DNA of 64,000 bases from Meiothermus sp. (GCA_033762915.1 JANRLD010000026.1:32001-96000); one strand, 5' to 3'. Numbered from the stretch's first letter, positions 37,376 to 47,696 are shown. Numbers and translations are program-made. Notes: generated from the sequence alone by a model not told the origin.

Positions 37376-38947
37376 TCAATCGGGCTTCTTCGGCCCCGCC
37401 CTGCGCCTTCGCCACCGACGCCAGCCCCATACCGCGAGGCCCAGCCCCAGCAAGCCCAGCAGCCCCAGCAGGGCGAAGGGTGCGCGCTTAATGAGGCTGT
37501 CGAGGAGCGTGGGCGGGGTCACCGCCTCGCCCATCAGCAGCCGGGCGGCGGGCTTGAGGCTGCCGTCGGTGCGCAGCACCCCCAGGTGGCGCTCCACCCC
37601 GCGTCCGCCCGGCATGGTCCCCCGGTCGAAGTCGTAGAGCGTCCAGGCCAGCCAGCCCACGCCGTAGCGGCGGCACAGCTCCAGCACCTCGCGGTAATAC
37701 TGGGCCTGCTCGGCCTCGGTGTGGGGGTCGGGGATCTTGAGGCGCTGGGTGTGGAAGCCGAACTCCTCGAGCAGCAGCGGCTTGCCGGTGGCTTTGAGTC
37801 GCTCTAGCCGCCCGCGCAGGGCCTGCGTCGAGCCGTAGTGGTGCAGGCTAACGATATCCAGCTCGGGGATCAGGGCCGGGGCGGGCTCGATGAACCCCAG
37901 GGTCACCGGCTTGCCGCCGAGGTGGCGCACCGCCCGCACCCACAGGCGCAAGAACTCCACCACGTTGCCCTCCTCGGCCCGGGCGTAGTCGCGGTCGGGT
38001 TCGTTCTTGCCGTCCACCGCCCATACGGCGGGGTGGCGCAGCAGCGGGGCGATCTCCTCGAGGTGCGCGAAGATGCCCGGGAAGTCTTCCAGGCGGTAGC
38101 GGGTGTAGTGGTCGAGCAGGGTTACCATCACCTGCACCCCCTCTCGCCGGGCCAGCTCGAGGAAGTCGCCCAGGCGCTCGCGGTAGCCGGGCGGGGGCGG
38201 GTAGGGCACGAAAACCCGCACCACCCCCAGCCCCAGCATCCGCACCGTGCGGAGGTCGCTGCCGGCCTCGCGCGGGTTGTAGGCAGGGCCGAACAGCTCG
38301 AAGGGGGCCGAGCGGGGCTGGTAGTTGATGCCGCGCAGGTCCTCGGTCGCGGCCGCCAGGGTGGCCGCGAGCACCGGCCGTTCGGCCGTCACGCGCCAGT
38401 GGTGGATGCGCCAGTTTCCGTCGTCGAGCTGCATCACCACCTCGAGCTGCCGCTCGGCCAGCCGGGCCGCCCGGCCGGGGAAGCCCTGGGCGTACCAATA
38501 GGTGTCGCTGAAGGCCACGGTGGCCCCGTCGGGGGCATAGAAGTGCAGCCGAAGCCGGTGCTTCCAGTCCACCAGCACCCCGCGCGGGCCCCGCGCCATC
38601 AGCAGGGCGTCCTCCAGGGCGCCCTCGTGGAAGTAGGAGCGCAGCCCCGTGGCTTCCCCGGTAAGGTGGGCGTGGCTCAGCTCCTCGTGGGCCAGCAGGT
38701 AGTCGCTGGTGATCTCGTCGCGCCGGAAGCGCTGCAGGGGGCGCGGGGTGGGCCTGTCGGGCAGCCACTCCAGGCGCCCCTTGGCAGCCCGGCGCGGCTC
38801 GATCAGGTTGAGGGCCTGCTCGGTCACCTCGGAGCGCTGGGCGACCTGGAAGAGCTCGCTCAGGGCCCGCAGGCCGGCCAGGCCCAGGAGGCTCATGGCC
38901 AGCAGGGCCGCCACCCAGACCCGGCGCTTGATCTGCAGGACGTTCAT
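37376..38947 (-). CDS. Membrane-anchored clan GH-A (GH5/GH2-like) glycoside hydrolase
   Basis: RGINYQP, acid/base KNEPD, SLHHY, nucleophile LLEEFG, LAWTLYDF; TM at both ends; start ATG 38947. Confidence 0.8.
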   Translation of the reverse strand: MNVLQIKRRVWVAALLAMSLLGLAGLRALSELFQVAQRSEVTEQALNLIEPRRAAKGRLEWLPDRPTPRPLQRFRRDEITSDYLLAHEELSHAHLTGEATGLRSYFHEGALEDALLMARGPRGVLVDWKHRLRLHFYAPDGATVAFSDTYWYAQGFPGRAARLAERQLEVVMQLDDGNWRIHHWRVTAERPVLAATLAAATEDLRGINYQPRSAPFELFGPAYNPREAGSDLRTVRMLGLGVVRVFVPYPPPPGYRERLGDFLELARREGVQVMVTLLDHYTRYRLEDFPGIFAHLEEIAPLLRHPAVWAVDGKNEPDRDYARAEEGNVVEFLRLWVRAVRHLGGKPVTLGFIEPAPALIPELDIVSLHHYGSTQALRGRLERLKATGKPLLLEEFGFHTQRLKIPDPHTEAEQAQYYREVLELCRRYGVGWLAWTLYDFDRGTMPGGRGVERHLGVLRTDGSLKPAARLLMGEAVTPPTLLDSLIKRAPFALLGLLGLLGLGLAVWGWRRWRRRRAGPKKPD

Positions 38948-40119
38948 GGGGCGGGTACCTCGAGCCGGCTGCTGCGGCCGCCCAGCTCGACCACCACCCA
39001 GGTCGGCTGGGCGAAGGCCGGGGGCTGCCAGCGGGCCCGGCCGTTCTCCAGCACCACGGTCTCCTCCAGCAGGAACCGGCCCTGGCGGTCCAGGAGCTGC
39101 AGCCGCGCCGGGGTGCCGTCGTCGGGCAGGGCCGACCGGGCGTCTTCGACCGGCCCGATCACGAGCACCCGGCCCTCCCACGCCAGCGGCAGCCGGCTGA
39201 CCCGCAGGCCGGGCCGGGCCAGCAGGGGCTGGGGGGCGCTGCGGAAGTCCTCGCTGAAGAACTCAAAGGCATAGTTGCCGGCCTGACTGGGCGGCGGGAA
39301 GACCAGGGGTAGCCGACCCTGGTTGGCCGGCCGGGTCACGAACACGTCGAGCGGTCCTCCGCCCACCCCGCTCACCGCTAGGCCATCTAGGGCCGGGTTG
39401 CCCAGGCGGTCGCGCACGCCGCCCAGGGTGAGCTGCCAGCGGTCGCGCCCGTCGGCGTCGGCGGCCGGCTTCTGGGCGGCCGGGTCGGCGGCCACGGTTC
39501 GGCCCGGCAACACGTCCACCTCGGCCCGCTCGGCCCGGGCCCCCGCACTCTGCACCACCACCTTCAGCACGCCGGTCTTGTCCCCAGACGGGAAGTAGGT
39601 CCAGGCCAGCTGGTGGCGTACCGGTAGGGTGCGGCTCCAGGTGCGGCCGTCGGGGTAGTAGACCCGCACCTCGACGGGTTGGCTCGAGACGTTGGCGGCC
39701 CCGTCGAGGGGGTGGATGACCAGCGATGGGTTTTTGGCGCCCCCCACCCGCACCGCCCTGGCGCCCACCTTGGGGGCCAGGGGGGTCACCGGGGCGCGGC
39801 TCTCCAGCCTCAGCTCTCCCTCCTTGCTTCGGGCCCCTGCCTCGAGGCGGTAGGTCAGCAGCCCGGCCCGCCGGTAGGGCACCAGCACCTCGCCTTGGCC
39901 CTCGCCCACGATCGGACCGGCCGGGGTGTAGAGATAGACCCGGAACCACCCGGTTCCCCGGAACCTGAGACCCGCGCTCTCGGGGGTCACCCGGATCTTG
40001 TCCAGGTCGGCCGGCGCGGGCTCGGTCGCGGGGGCGGCCGGCGGGGCAAACCCGCCCCAGACCCACAATGTGGCCAGCAGCAGGAGCAACAGATAGAGCC
40101 AACGCATAACCAGCGGCAT
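38944..40119 (-). CDS. Exported hypothetical protein (Ig-like repeats probable)
   Basis: N-terminal hydrophobic segment; repeated (V)xDxxGNxxxDG-like motifs; overlaps or abuts both neighbours. Confidence 0.65.
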   Translation of the reverse strand: MPLVMRWLYLLLLLLATLWVWGGFAPPAAPATEPAPADLDKIRVTPESAGLRFRGTGWFRVYLYTPAGPIVGEGQGEVLVPYRRAGLLTYRLEAGARSKEGELRLESRAPVTPLAPKVGARAVRVGGAKNPSLVIHPLDGAANVSSQPVEVRVYYPDGRTWSRTLPVRHQLAWTYFPSGDKTGVLKVVVQSAGARAERAEVDVLPGRTVAADPAAQKPAADADGRDRWQLTLGGVRDRLGNPALDGLAVSGVGGGPLDVFVTRPANQGRLPLVFPPPSQAGNYAFEFFSEDFRSAPQPLLARPGLRVSRLPLAWEGRVLVIGPVEDARSALPDDGTPARLQLLDRQGRFLLEETVVLENGRARWQPPAFAQPTWVVVELGGRSSRLEVPAP

Positions 40120-40124
40120 CGGTT

Positions 40125-43100
40125 TCAGGGCTCCCGGTAGAAGGCCTGGGCCTGCAGCCGGTAGGCGCGCAGCCCTGGGGCGACGAAGGGCCGGGTGTCG
40201 GCGGGGATGCCGGGCACCATGCGCTCCAGCAGGTTGGGGCTCTCCTCGGGCTCGCGCAAGAATTGCAGCACCCGGTAGCCCGGCGGCAGGGCGGCGTCGA
40301 TGCGGTCCTCGCGGCGCTCGCGCGGGGGCACCGCCTCGGCCAGGTAGCGCTCGCCCACCCAGGCCAGGCCCTGGGCGTCGTAGAGCGAGAGCAGGACCTG
40401 GGGAATGGTGGCCTCCTGCGAACCCAGGTTGTCGACCATCAGGCGCAGCCCCGAACCCTCCCGCCGGCTCCAGATTGCCAGATTGCGCTGGAGCTCTCGA
40501 GCGCTCACCACTGCCTTGATCGCCACCTCGAAGTCGCGGACGGCTGCCGGGTCGGGCGGCGCACTCACCCCGTCGAAGTCGATGCGGAAGGGGGTTCGCT
40601 CGCCTGGCAGCAGCTTGTGCACGATCAGGTCGCGGGCGTTGTTGCGGGTTTTCTCGGTCCCGCCGGCGTCGCGCAGGACCCCAGTGAGGGTCAGGTCGGC
40701 GGGCCGGGCGTCGACGTTCTCCACCTCGCCCACGATGGCCAACTGGGCGGGCTGCTCCGGCCCTTCACGGCCGTGGCGCACCAGCCGGGCCGAGCGCAGG
40801 CGGATCACCGGCCGGTCCAGCACGTCCCCGGCCGCGCTGACCTGGGTGGTCAGGCGGCGCTGGGCCCGGAAGTACTCCACCCCCGGCTGGCTGGCGAAGC
40901 GCTCCGGCGGGCGGACGCGCCGCAGGGGACGGGCCTGAATACGCCAGCCCTGGGCGGTGCGCTCGACCAGGTGCTCCTGGGTCTCGAGGGTGTTCTGCAG
41001 GGCCCCCATCCACTCCAGGCGCACCTGTACCAGGGCCTGATCGCCCACCTTGGGGGCCGCGGCGTCGCCCTGGTAGGCCAGGATCTGGGTCCGGATGTTT
41101 TCCAGCTTGGAGTAGCCGGTGCGCAGCCCCCCCTGCACGCTCAGGTCGAGCCGCCAGCGCTCCTCGTTCAGGCCGTCCAGGGGTGCGATCCACCGCCAGG
41201 CCCGGTCGAAGCGCTTGAAGTCGAGGTGGTCCCAGTACTGGATCACCGCCCACTCCGGGGTGTCGGGGGGCTGCAGGCTGCGCAGCCCGCCCCACACCCC
41301 CAAACCCAGGCAGGCCACCAGCAGGCCGGAGGCCAGTAGCCGCAGCCACATCGGCTGGCGCACCGCCCGGAGGTGCCGGCGGGCGGCCCCGGCCAGGCGC
41401 AGCCAGGGCTGCCAGGGGCTGGCGGGCCCTGCGGGCTGGGCGTCCTCGGCCAGCAGGCGGCGGACCCTGCCGGGGATCAGCGGGAGCCGGGGCGAGGCGA
41501 AGGGCAGCAGCAGCAGACTCAGGTAGGCCAGTACCGGAAGGGTGATCGGGAGGATTCCCCACATCAGCCGCTGCCAGGTGGGCAGGCTGCGCCTCGGCAG
41601 GCGCTCGGGCAGCGGGGGGATGTCCTCGCGCTCCCAGACCATGATCCCGTTCTCCAAGCGCCCCAGCCGGTGCCAGCCGTAGAAGTGCAGTAGGGGGTCG
41701 TAGAAGGCGTCGTTAGAGTAGATGAACTTAAGGTTGTACTTCTCGGGCCGGCTGAGGAACTGCTGGAGGCTGCCGATGCCCGGAACGCCGGTGTACTTGG
41801 CCCCCTCGAGGCGTTCGACGGGGGTGGTGGTGAGCTCGGGGAGCCGGCGGGCCGAGTGGTAGTTGCCGTCGGGGGTGGTGGCGCGGGTGTTGGCCGAGAG
41901 CCAGGCCATCTGGTCGCCGAAGCCCAGGGTCAAGTAGCGGTAGCGCCAGTGCTCGTCCTTCTCGATGAAGCTCAGGATAGGGCCGATGTCGATGGTGGGA
42001 GGCTGGAACTTGCGGTAGCGGGTCAGGGTGGAGATGGCGATGGAGCAGCCCACCAGGCTGACCAGCCCCAGCACCAGCATCCCCAGGCGCACCCGGTTGC
42101 CCAGGTTGGCCTTCAGCCACAGCCCCAGCCTCCCCCCCCCGGTGGCGCTGTGCAGGGCCAGCCCGGCGAAGGGCAGGATCAGGATGGTGGCCCAGAAGGT
42201 GAATCGGTCCAGGGTCAGGATGTCGAAGGCCCCCCGCAGCAGCATCTTGGGGATGGGGGTGGTGCCGCCGGTGCCCAGCAAGAACAACAGGCCCAGGCTG
42301 GCCCCGATGGGCCACAGGCGCGACATGCTCTTGTACAGCGCGTAGGGCAAGAACCAGACCGTGCTGGCCCAGGGGATCAGCCAGAACATCAGGCCCATGT
42401 TGGTTTCCTGCAGGAAGTTGGCCCGGCTGCCGTGGGGGATCGGCACCTGGGCGATGGGGTCGGAGCGGCTCCACAGCCAGTAGGGCAGCACCACCAGCAC
42501 CAGGGCCATCACCGCCACCACGCCGAACACCCCGGTGCGGTAGAGCCGGGGCAGCACCCGGTAGACCCGCCGGCGCAGCATGGCCCAGTGCCCCTCGCCG
42601 CCAGGCTCGCCGGGCCGCGGCATCCGCAGGGCCTCCAGCAGCAGCATGGCGATGACCGGCCCAATGAAAAAGACCGAGCCGAACAGGGTAGTGACGTGGT
42701 GGGCGGCGGTAGTTGAGCCCACCCAGACGGCCGCCTTGAGCAAGTAGCCCCACCGCCCGGTGCGCAAATAGGCCCAGACCCAGGGGATCGCGTTGAGCAG
42801 AAAGCCCAGCGAGAGGGTGGTGGGCAGTTGCCCGAAGACATGTACGGTCTCGGCGATCGAGCTCGAGAGCACCAGCAGCAGCGCCGCGAAGCCCGCCGCC
42901 CGGGGTGGCACCAGCAGCCTCGAGAAGCGGTAGATCCCCACGGTTAGCTGGAGCAGCGCCCACAACTGGACCGGCGCGAAGGCGTACTCCAGCCCCACCG
43001 CCTTGGAGCTGAGGGCGATCAGGAAGTGCGACAGCGGGGGGTAGGAGACCAGCGAAAAGCCGGTGTACCAGCGTGGCTCCCAGGGATCGAACCAGCTCTG

Positions 43101-43292
43101 GGCGTAGTGGGCCCCGAAGAAGGTGTGGATCAGCGCGTCGTAGGTGCGGAAGTACTGCAGGTTGAACAGCTGGGTGCCGTGGTAGAGCAACACCAGCAGC
43201 AGCGCCACCCCCAGCAGCACCAGCCCCTCGCGCTCGGCCTGCCAGACTTCACCCAGGGAGACGCGGATAGGGGTGCGGCGAGCGGCTGCCAT
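40125..43292 (-). CDS. Large multi-TM GT-C-like (PTPS-related) membrane protein with extracytoplasmic C-terminal domains
   Basis: TYDALIH...PWEPRWYTGF...YPPL first loop; more than 12 TM segments; C-terminal IVGEVEN...LLPGERTPF (FxLYD-like) domain. Confidence 0.7.
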   Translation of the reverse strand: MAAARRTPIRVSLGEVWQAEREGLVLLGVALLLVLLYHGTQLFNLQYFRTYDALIHTFFGAHYAQSWFDPWEPRWYTGFSLVSYPPLSHFLIALSSKAVGLEYAFAPVQLWALLQLTVGIYRFSRLLVPPRAAGFAALLLVLSSSIAETVHVFGQLPTTLSLGFLLNAIPWVWAYLRTGRWGYLLKAAVWVGSTTAAHHVTTLFGSVFFIGPVIAMLLLEALRMPRPGEPGGEGHWAMLRRRVYRVLPRLYRTGVFGVVAVMALVLVVLPYWLWSRSDPIAQVPIPHGSRANFLQETNMGLMFWLIPWASTVWFLPYALYKSMSRLWPIGASLGLLFLLGTGGTTPIPKMLLRGAFDILTLDRFTFWATILILPFAGLALHSATGGGRLGLWLKANLGNRVRLGMLVLGLVSLVGCSIAISTLTRYRKFQPPTIDIGPILSFIEKDEHWRYRYLTLGFGDQMAWLSANTRATTPDGNYHSARRLPELTTTPVERLEGAKYTGVPGIGSLQQFLSRPEKYNLKFIYSNDAFYDPLLHFYGWHRLGRLENGIMVWEREDIPPLPERLPRRSLPTWQRLMWGILPITLPVLAYLSLLLLPFASPRLPLIPGRVRRLLAEDAQPAGPASPWQPWLRLAGAARRHLRAVRQPMWLRLLASGLLVACLGLGVWGGLRSLQPPDTPEWAVIQYWDHLDFKRFDRAWRWIAPLDGLNEERWRLDLSVQGGLRTGYSKLENIRTQILAYQGDAAAPKVGDQALVQVRLEWMGALQNTLETQEHLVERTAQGWRIQARPLRRVRPPERFASQPGVEYFRAQRRLTTQVSAAGDVLDRPVIRLRSARLVRHGREGPEQPAQLAIVGEVENVDARPADLTLTGVLRDAGGTEKTRNNARDLIVHKLLPGERTPFRIDFDGVSAPPDPAAVRDFEVAIKAVVSARELQRNLAIWSRREGSGLRLMVDNLGSQEATIPQVLLSLYDAQGLAWVGERYLAEAVPPRERREDRIDAALPPGYRVLQFLREPEESPNLLERMVPGIPADTRPFVAPGLRAYRLQAQAFYREP

Positions 43293-43307
43293 GCGCGGCC
43301 CGGCGGC

Positions 43308-43679
43308 CTACTGCGGGGTCAGCGCCCTGTGGCTGAGCAGGCGCTCCACTTCCCGCAGCAGTTCTTCGCGCGAGAAGGGCTTGGTCAGGAAGGCGTCGGC
43401 GCCCTGCTGCCGGGCCTGGTGCTCGTACTGCTCCTCGCCACTGGCGGTCAGCACCATCACCGGCATCTGCGACTGCTGGCGGATGTGGCGGATCAGCTCG
43501 AACCCGTCAACCCCGGGCATCACCAGGTCGGTCACGACCAGCCGGATTTGGGGGTTCTGGGCCAGCAGCCCCATGGCTTCCTGGCCGTTGTCGGCAACCA
43601 CCACCGCGTAGTGCGCCCGCTGTAGCACCAGGCGCAGCACGTGGCGGATGTGTGGCTCGTCATCTACGGCCAAGATCAC
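43308..43679 (-). CDS. Single-domain response regulator
   Basis: AVDDE, VTDLVMP, LTASG, FLTKPF. Confidence 0.9.
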   Translation of the reverse strand: MILAVDDEPHIRHVLRLVLQRAHYAVVVADNGQEAMGLLAQNPQIRLVVTDLVMPGVDGFELIRHIRQQSQMPVMVLTASGEEQYEHQARQQGADAFLTKPFSREELLREVERLLSHRALTPQ

Positions 43680-43681
43680 GG

Positions 43682-43987
43682 CTATCCTTCCACGATCCCG
43701 ATGACCCGGTCGAGGAGGGTCAGCTCCAGGACCCGCCGCACCGCCTCGCTGGGGGCCTCGACCTTGAGCGACCCGCCCTCGGCCTTGGACTGCTTAAGAC
43801 CCGAGACCATGGCGGCCAGGCCAGCCGAGTCCATAAACTCGATCTGGCTCATCTCCAGCAAGAAGTCTTTGACCCCCTGGTTGCGGGACTCGAGCAGGAT
43901 CAGGCGAAGTTTGGGGGCCGTCTCAACGTCCAAGCGGCCCTGGAGTACTAGACGGGCTTGCGTGTTGGTGAGCATCTCTACGTTCAT
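43682..43987 (-). CDS. STAS-domain anti-anti-sigma factor
   Basis: LQGRLD, FMDSAGL (phospho-Ser), VRRVLELT. Confidence 0.9.
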   Translation of the reverse strand: MNVEMLTNTQARLVLQGRLDVETAPKLRLILLESRNQGVKDFLLEMSQIEFMDSAGLAAMVSGLKQSKAEGGSLKVEAPSEAVRRVLELTLLDRVIGIVEG

Positions 43988-44349
43988 CACTTTTCCACCT
44001 CGCCGAAACGGGCCCTTATGCAGTTCCAGCCTCTCCTTCTACAGTAGCGCAGATTCCGAAAAACCTTGTGGATAATGGCCACCCCATAGCCGCCTTCGCG
44101 CAGCTCGCCCATTGGCCGGGGGAGGGCCTCGAGGGGGTTGAAGCCCTGCCCGTTGTCGTACACCCAGAGCTGGCCGGAGGCCGGGTCGACGCGTACCCGG
44201 ATGCACCGGGCCCCGCCGTGCAAGATGGCGTTGGTGACCAGCTCGGTGACCCCCAGCTCGACCAGCGGGCCCAGCCCGTGCTGCTGAACAAACTCCCCCA
44301 GCGCCTCGAGCTCGGCGGTGCGGGCGGGGAAGGTGTGCTTGGCCGTCAC
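43987..44349 (-). CDS. RsbW/SpoIIAB-like anti-sigma Ser kinase
   Basis: C-terminal part of the track ORF 43987..45150; GTG 44349 overlaps the upstream TGA; ELVTNAILHG, DNGQGF, REGGYG. Confidence 0.85.
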   Translation of the reverse strand: MTAKHTFPARTAELEALGEFVQQHGLGPLVELGVTELVTNAILHGGARCIRVRVDPASGQLWVYDNGQGFNPLEALPRPMGELREGGYGVAIIHKVFRNLRYCRRRGWNCIRARFGEVEK

Positions 44350-45467
44350 GCCGTCCCCCTGAACTCGTAGAGCTGGAGGCTTAGGTCGTCGACGATGCTG
44401 AAGCCCGATAGGTCGCGCTCGAGGGTCAGCAGGAACTCCTGGGGCCGGGGGTGCTGCGCTAACAGTCCGGCCACCCGTTCCAGCCCGTACAGCCCCTGCT
44501 CGCCCTCGGCCTCGATCAGCCCGTCGCTGTAGACCAGCAGCAACTCGCCGGGCTCGAGGCGCAGCCAGTTCAGGTCGTGGTTGGCCGGGGGAAACAGCCC
44601 CAGCGGTGGGGCCGAGGCCCTGAAGCGCTCGATCAAGCCATCGCGACGGCGCAGCAGCAGGGGAGGGTGGCCGAAGCTGAACCAACCCACCCGCCCCTCG
44701 GGGTGCAGGTGCAGCAGGGCCAGCGTGGCGAAGACCTCGCTGCGCTCGAGGGCCGGCGTGGCCGAGGCCACCATCGCGGCCACCGGGTCGGACTGCGAGA
44801 GGATCAGCGGCATCAGGCCGGTCAGAAGCCCGCTGTGCATTGCCGCTGGCAGACCCTTGCCGCTGATGTCGCCCAGCACCCGCCAGGCCCCGTGGGCGGT
44901 CTGGAAGTCGCCCCCCACCTCGCGTGCGGGCTGGAACAGGCTGTACAGCCCGTAGCCCTCGGGCGCGGGCACCTCGGCGGGCACCAGGGTGCGCCAGATT
45001 TCCCCGGCTAGCTGGCGCTCGTACTCCTGGAGTCGCAGGCGCTCGCGCAGGGCCTGGGCCTCGAGGTTCTCCCAGGCCGCTCCCACCATCTGGGCCAGCG
45101 CGTCGGCGATCCGCGCGTCGTAGGCGTTGAGGCCGGCCTCCTTGCCCCACAGCGCGATCCAGCCCCGCCCGAAGGGTAGGCCATGCAGGCCCTGCCCCCG
45201 CTCGCGGAAGCGTCGCTCGGGCGCAGGGTAGCGGGCCAGCCAGCCGGGCACGTCCCCCCGCCAGGCGCCGTCGGCGAAGAGCGCGATACCTCGGCAGCCC
45301 AGCTCCCCCGCCGCCTCGCCCAGCAGCTCCAGCAGGTCCGAGACGGAGGACAGGCGGGCCGTGCGTACCATCAGCCGCTCGAGAAAGACCGACCGGTCGT
45401 AGCAGTCGGCCAGGGCCTCGGCGGTGGCCTCGAGGTCGTGCTCGAGCTGCTGGGGCGGGAGGCTCAT
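44346..45467 (-). CDS. SpoIIE/RsbU-like PP2C phosphatase
   Basis: EVGGDF, GDISGKG, GHPP, YSDGLIEA, DDLSL. Confidence 0.9.
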   Translation of the reverse strand: MSLPPQQLEHDLEATAEALADCYDRSVFLERLMVRTARLSSVSDLLELLGEAAGELGCRGIALFADGAWRGDVPGWLARYPAPERRFRERGQGLHGLPFGRGWIALWGKEAGLNAYDARIADALAQMVGAAWENLEAQALRERLRLQEYERQLAGEIWRTLVPAEVPAPEGYGLYSLFQPAREVGGDFQTAHGAWRVLGDISGKGLPAAMHSGLLTGLMPLILSQSDPVAAMVASATPALERSEVFATLALLHLHPEGRVGWFSFGHPPLLLRRRDGLIERFRASAPPLGLFPPANHDLNWLRLEPGELLLVYSDGLIEAEGEQGLYGLERVAGLLAQHPRPQEFLLTLERDLSGFSIVDDLSLQLYEFRGTA

Positions 45468-45757
45468 CGCTCGATGGGCAGGATGTCGTACAGCCCGACC
45501 ATCTCCAGGATCAGGCGCACGGGGTCTTGTAGGTTGCGCAGCTTCAGGCCGATCTTCGACTCGCGCGCGCGCTTGTTGACCCCTACCAGGAAGGCCAGCC
45601 CGGTCGAGTCGATGAAATTGACCCCCGCCAGGTCCAGCACGATGCCAGGCGGCACGACCTCGATGAGGGACTTCAGGGCGGGGACTTGGTGGGCGTCCAG
45701 GCGGCCCTGCATCTTATAAACCGTCGTGCCCTGGTCCTCGTACCGTTCAACTTGCAT
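45464..45757 (-). CDS. STAS-domain anti-anti-sigma factor
   Basis: MQGRLD, LDLAGVNFIDSTGL, VRLILEMVGL. Confidence 0.9.
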   Translation of the reverse strand: MQVERYEDQGTTVYKMQGRLDAHQVPALKSLIEVVPPGIVLDLAGVNFIDSTGLAFLVGVNKRARESKIGLKLRNLQDPVRLILEMVGLYDILPIER

Positions 45758-46901
45758 GTTTCCTCCCTAAGCGCTCGAGGTGTAGCAGATACCAGTCCGC
45801 CACGTCCTCCAGCAGCACCCCAACCGAGGCGCGATAGTTGTTAAGCCCCATCTGCCAGGCCCGCTCCGGGTCAGCGAGCAGGCGGTCCAACGCCCCGGCC
45901 AGGCTGGCCGCGTCGCCGGGGTGGAAGAATTCGGCCTGGTAGCCCTCGGCCTCGACCAGCTCGGCCAGATCGCCGATGCGCGGCATCACCGCCGGGCGGG
46001 CGAACTGCCCGGCCTGGTGCAGCACGCCCGAGGAGCCGGTGGTGGCGGTATAGGGGAAGGCCACCAGGTAGGCTTCGGTGAACACCCGGGCCACCTCTTC
46101 CTCGGGCACGTAGCCGGTGTAGCTGACCCCGGGGATCTCCCCGTAGACCGCCCTTAGGCCCTCGAGGTAGCCCGGGGCGTTGGGCGAGTTGGTGCCCGCC
46201 ACCACCAGCTCTGCGGCCGGGTCGCGGGCCACCACCATCTGATGGGCCTCCAGCAGGGTCTCCAGGCGCTTGTAGGTGCCAAACTTCCCGAAGGCCAGCA
46301 CCCGCTTCGCGGCCGGCAGAGGGGGCGGGGGGCCGGGGTCTTCGAAGGCTCCGTGGGGGGCCAGGAAGGCATTCTTGGCCCGGTACTTCTGGCGCAATAT
46401 CTCCACGTAGGTGGGCATGGTGGTGGCCACCAGGTGGCTCCCCAGCAGCAGCCGCGTGAAGGCCTCGCCGCCCAGGCGCAGCACCCGCTCCTTGAGGGGG
46501 TTGCCGGCGTAGCCGGCCTGGTTGAGGTCGACGGTCTCGAAGAGGTTGTGCAGCAGGGTGATGGTGGGGATGCCCTGCAGGCGGGCCAGGCCCGGCGAGA
46601 GCAGCCCCAGGGCCGCGGGCAGGGGCTGGCCGCCGAAGGTGGCGAACTGCAGGTTGAAGATCACCGCGTCGGGCCGCAGTCGCCTTAGGGTCTGGGTGAT
46701 CTGGAGGGCGTTGGCGGCGCTGCCGAAGCGCCAGACCCGGTGGATGTGGTCGGGCTCTTCCACCGGCCGCTCGAGCTGGTCGGCCAGGATCGACAGGCGG
46801 CTGACCTCGGGCTTGGCCGCCAGGACCCGCGCCATGTGGGCCCCGTACTCGACCAGGGTGCCCTGGCTGGGCGGGAAGGGGGTGATGAAGGCCAGATGCA
46901 C
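45747..46901 (-). CDS. Glycosyltransferase family 4
   Basis: FGKFGTYKRLE, GYVPEEEV, FPY..TTGSSGVL; GT-B pattern. Confidence 0.87.
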   Translation of the reverse strand: MHLAFITPFPPSQGTLVEYGAHMARVLAAKPEVSRLSILADQLERPVEEPDHIHRVWRFGSAANALQITQTLRRLRPDAVIFNLQFATFGGQPLPAALGLLSPGLARLQGIPTITLLHNLFETVDLNQAGYAGNPLKERVLRLGGEAFTRLLLGSHLVATTMPTYVEILRQKYRAKNAFLAPHGAFEDPGPPPPLPAAKRVLAFGKFGTYKRLETLLEAHQMVVARDPAAELVVAGTNSPNAPGYLEGLRAVYGEIPGVSYTGYVPEEEVARVFTEAYLVAFPYTATTGSSGVLHQAGQFARPAVMPRIGDLAELVEAEGYQAEFFHPGDAASLAGALDRLLADPERAWQMGLNNYRASVGVLLEDVADWYLLHLERLGRKHAS

Positions 46902-46904
46902 GCC

Positions 46905-47696
46905 TTACCCCCGGGCCTGGGTCGGGGCCAGTGGCCCCGGGTTGACGTAGGCGCCTTGCCGGTCCAGCCGCCGGATCTCGAGGATGTCTTTGAGGAAGCG
47001 CAGGGAGTCTTTGAAGGGGTCGACCTTCGAGCCCGGAGCGTCGAACCAGCGCACGGGCACCTCGGCCAGCCGCAGACCCAGCTTGCGGGCCAGGTAGAGC
47101 AGCTCCAAGTCGAAGGAAAAGCCCATCATCCGCTGGCGCGAAAACAGCTCAGTCACGGCGCGACGGGAGAACAGCTTAAAGCCGCACTGGGTGTCCTTGA
47201 CTGTGACCCCCGACAGCAGCCGGGCCAGGCTGCGCAGCCCCCAGGAGGCCAGGTGGCGCAGCAGGCTCTTGTTTTCCTCCACCGCGCCCTCGGCGGCCCT
47301 CGAGCCCACCACCACGTCGTAGCCGCCCTCGAGCTGGGCCAGCAGGCGGGGCAGTTCCTCGATGGGGGTGGAGTTGTCGGCGTCGGCAAACAGGACCACC
47401 CGCCCGCGGGCCGCCATCACCCCCCGCCGCACCGCGCCGCCCTTTCCGGTGTTGGGGTGGCGCAGCAGCCGCAGGTTGCTCCAGCCCAGTTGCTCGACTA
47501 ACTGGGCGGTCTGGTCCTTGGACCCGTCGTCGGAGACGATGAGCTCCCAGTCGGCCTCGAAGCCCGAGATCACCACCGCGAAGGCCCCCAGGGTGGGGAG
47601 GATCCGCTCGGCCTCGTTGTAGGCCGGGATCACCACCGACAGCTTCGGCTCGTCGCAGGTGCGCTCGCGCCAGCGTTCAAAATCAGCGTAAGACAT
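46905..47696 (-). CDS. Glycosyltransferase family 2 (polyprenyl-phosphate glycosyltransferase, Dol-P-Glc synthase-like)
   Basis: SVVIPAYNE, DDGSKD, NTGKGGAV, FADAD, DTQCGFKLF, FSFDLELL. Confidence 0.88.
   Translation of the reverse strand: MSYADFERWRERTCDEPKLSVVIPAYNEAERILPTLGAFAVVISGFEADWELIVSDDGSKDQTAQLVEQLGWSNLRLLRHPNTGKGGAVRRGVMAARGRVVLFADADNSTPIEELPRLLAQLEGGYDVVVGSRAAEGAVEENKSLLRHLASWGLRSLARLLSGVTVKDTQCGFKLFSRRAVTELFSRQRMMGFSFDLELLYLARKLGLRLAEVPVRWFDAPGSKVDPFKDSLRFLKDILEIRRLDRQGAYVNPGPLAPTQARG

Noticed and set aside
44350..45150. N-terminal extension of the ORF containing the anti-sigma kinase
   Set aside because: Overlaps the SpoIIE gene in another frame; the real start is the coupled GTG at 44349.
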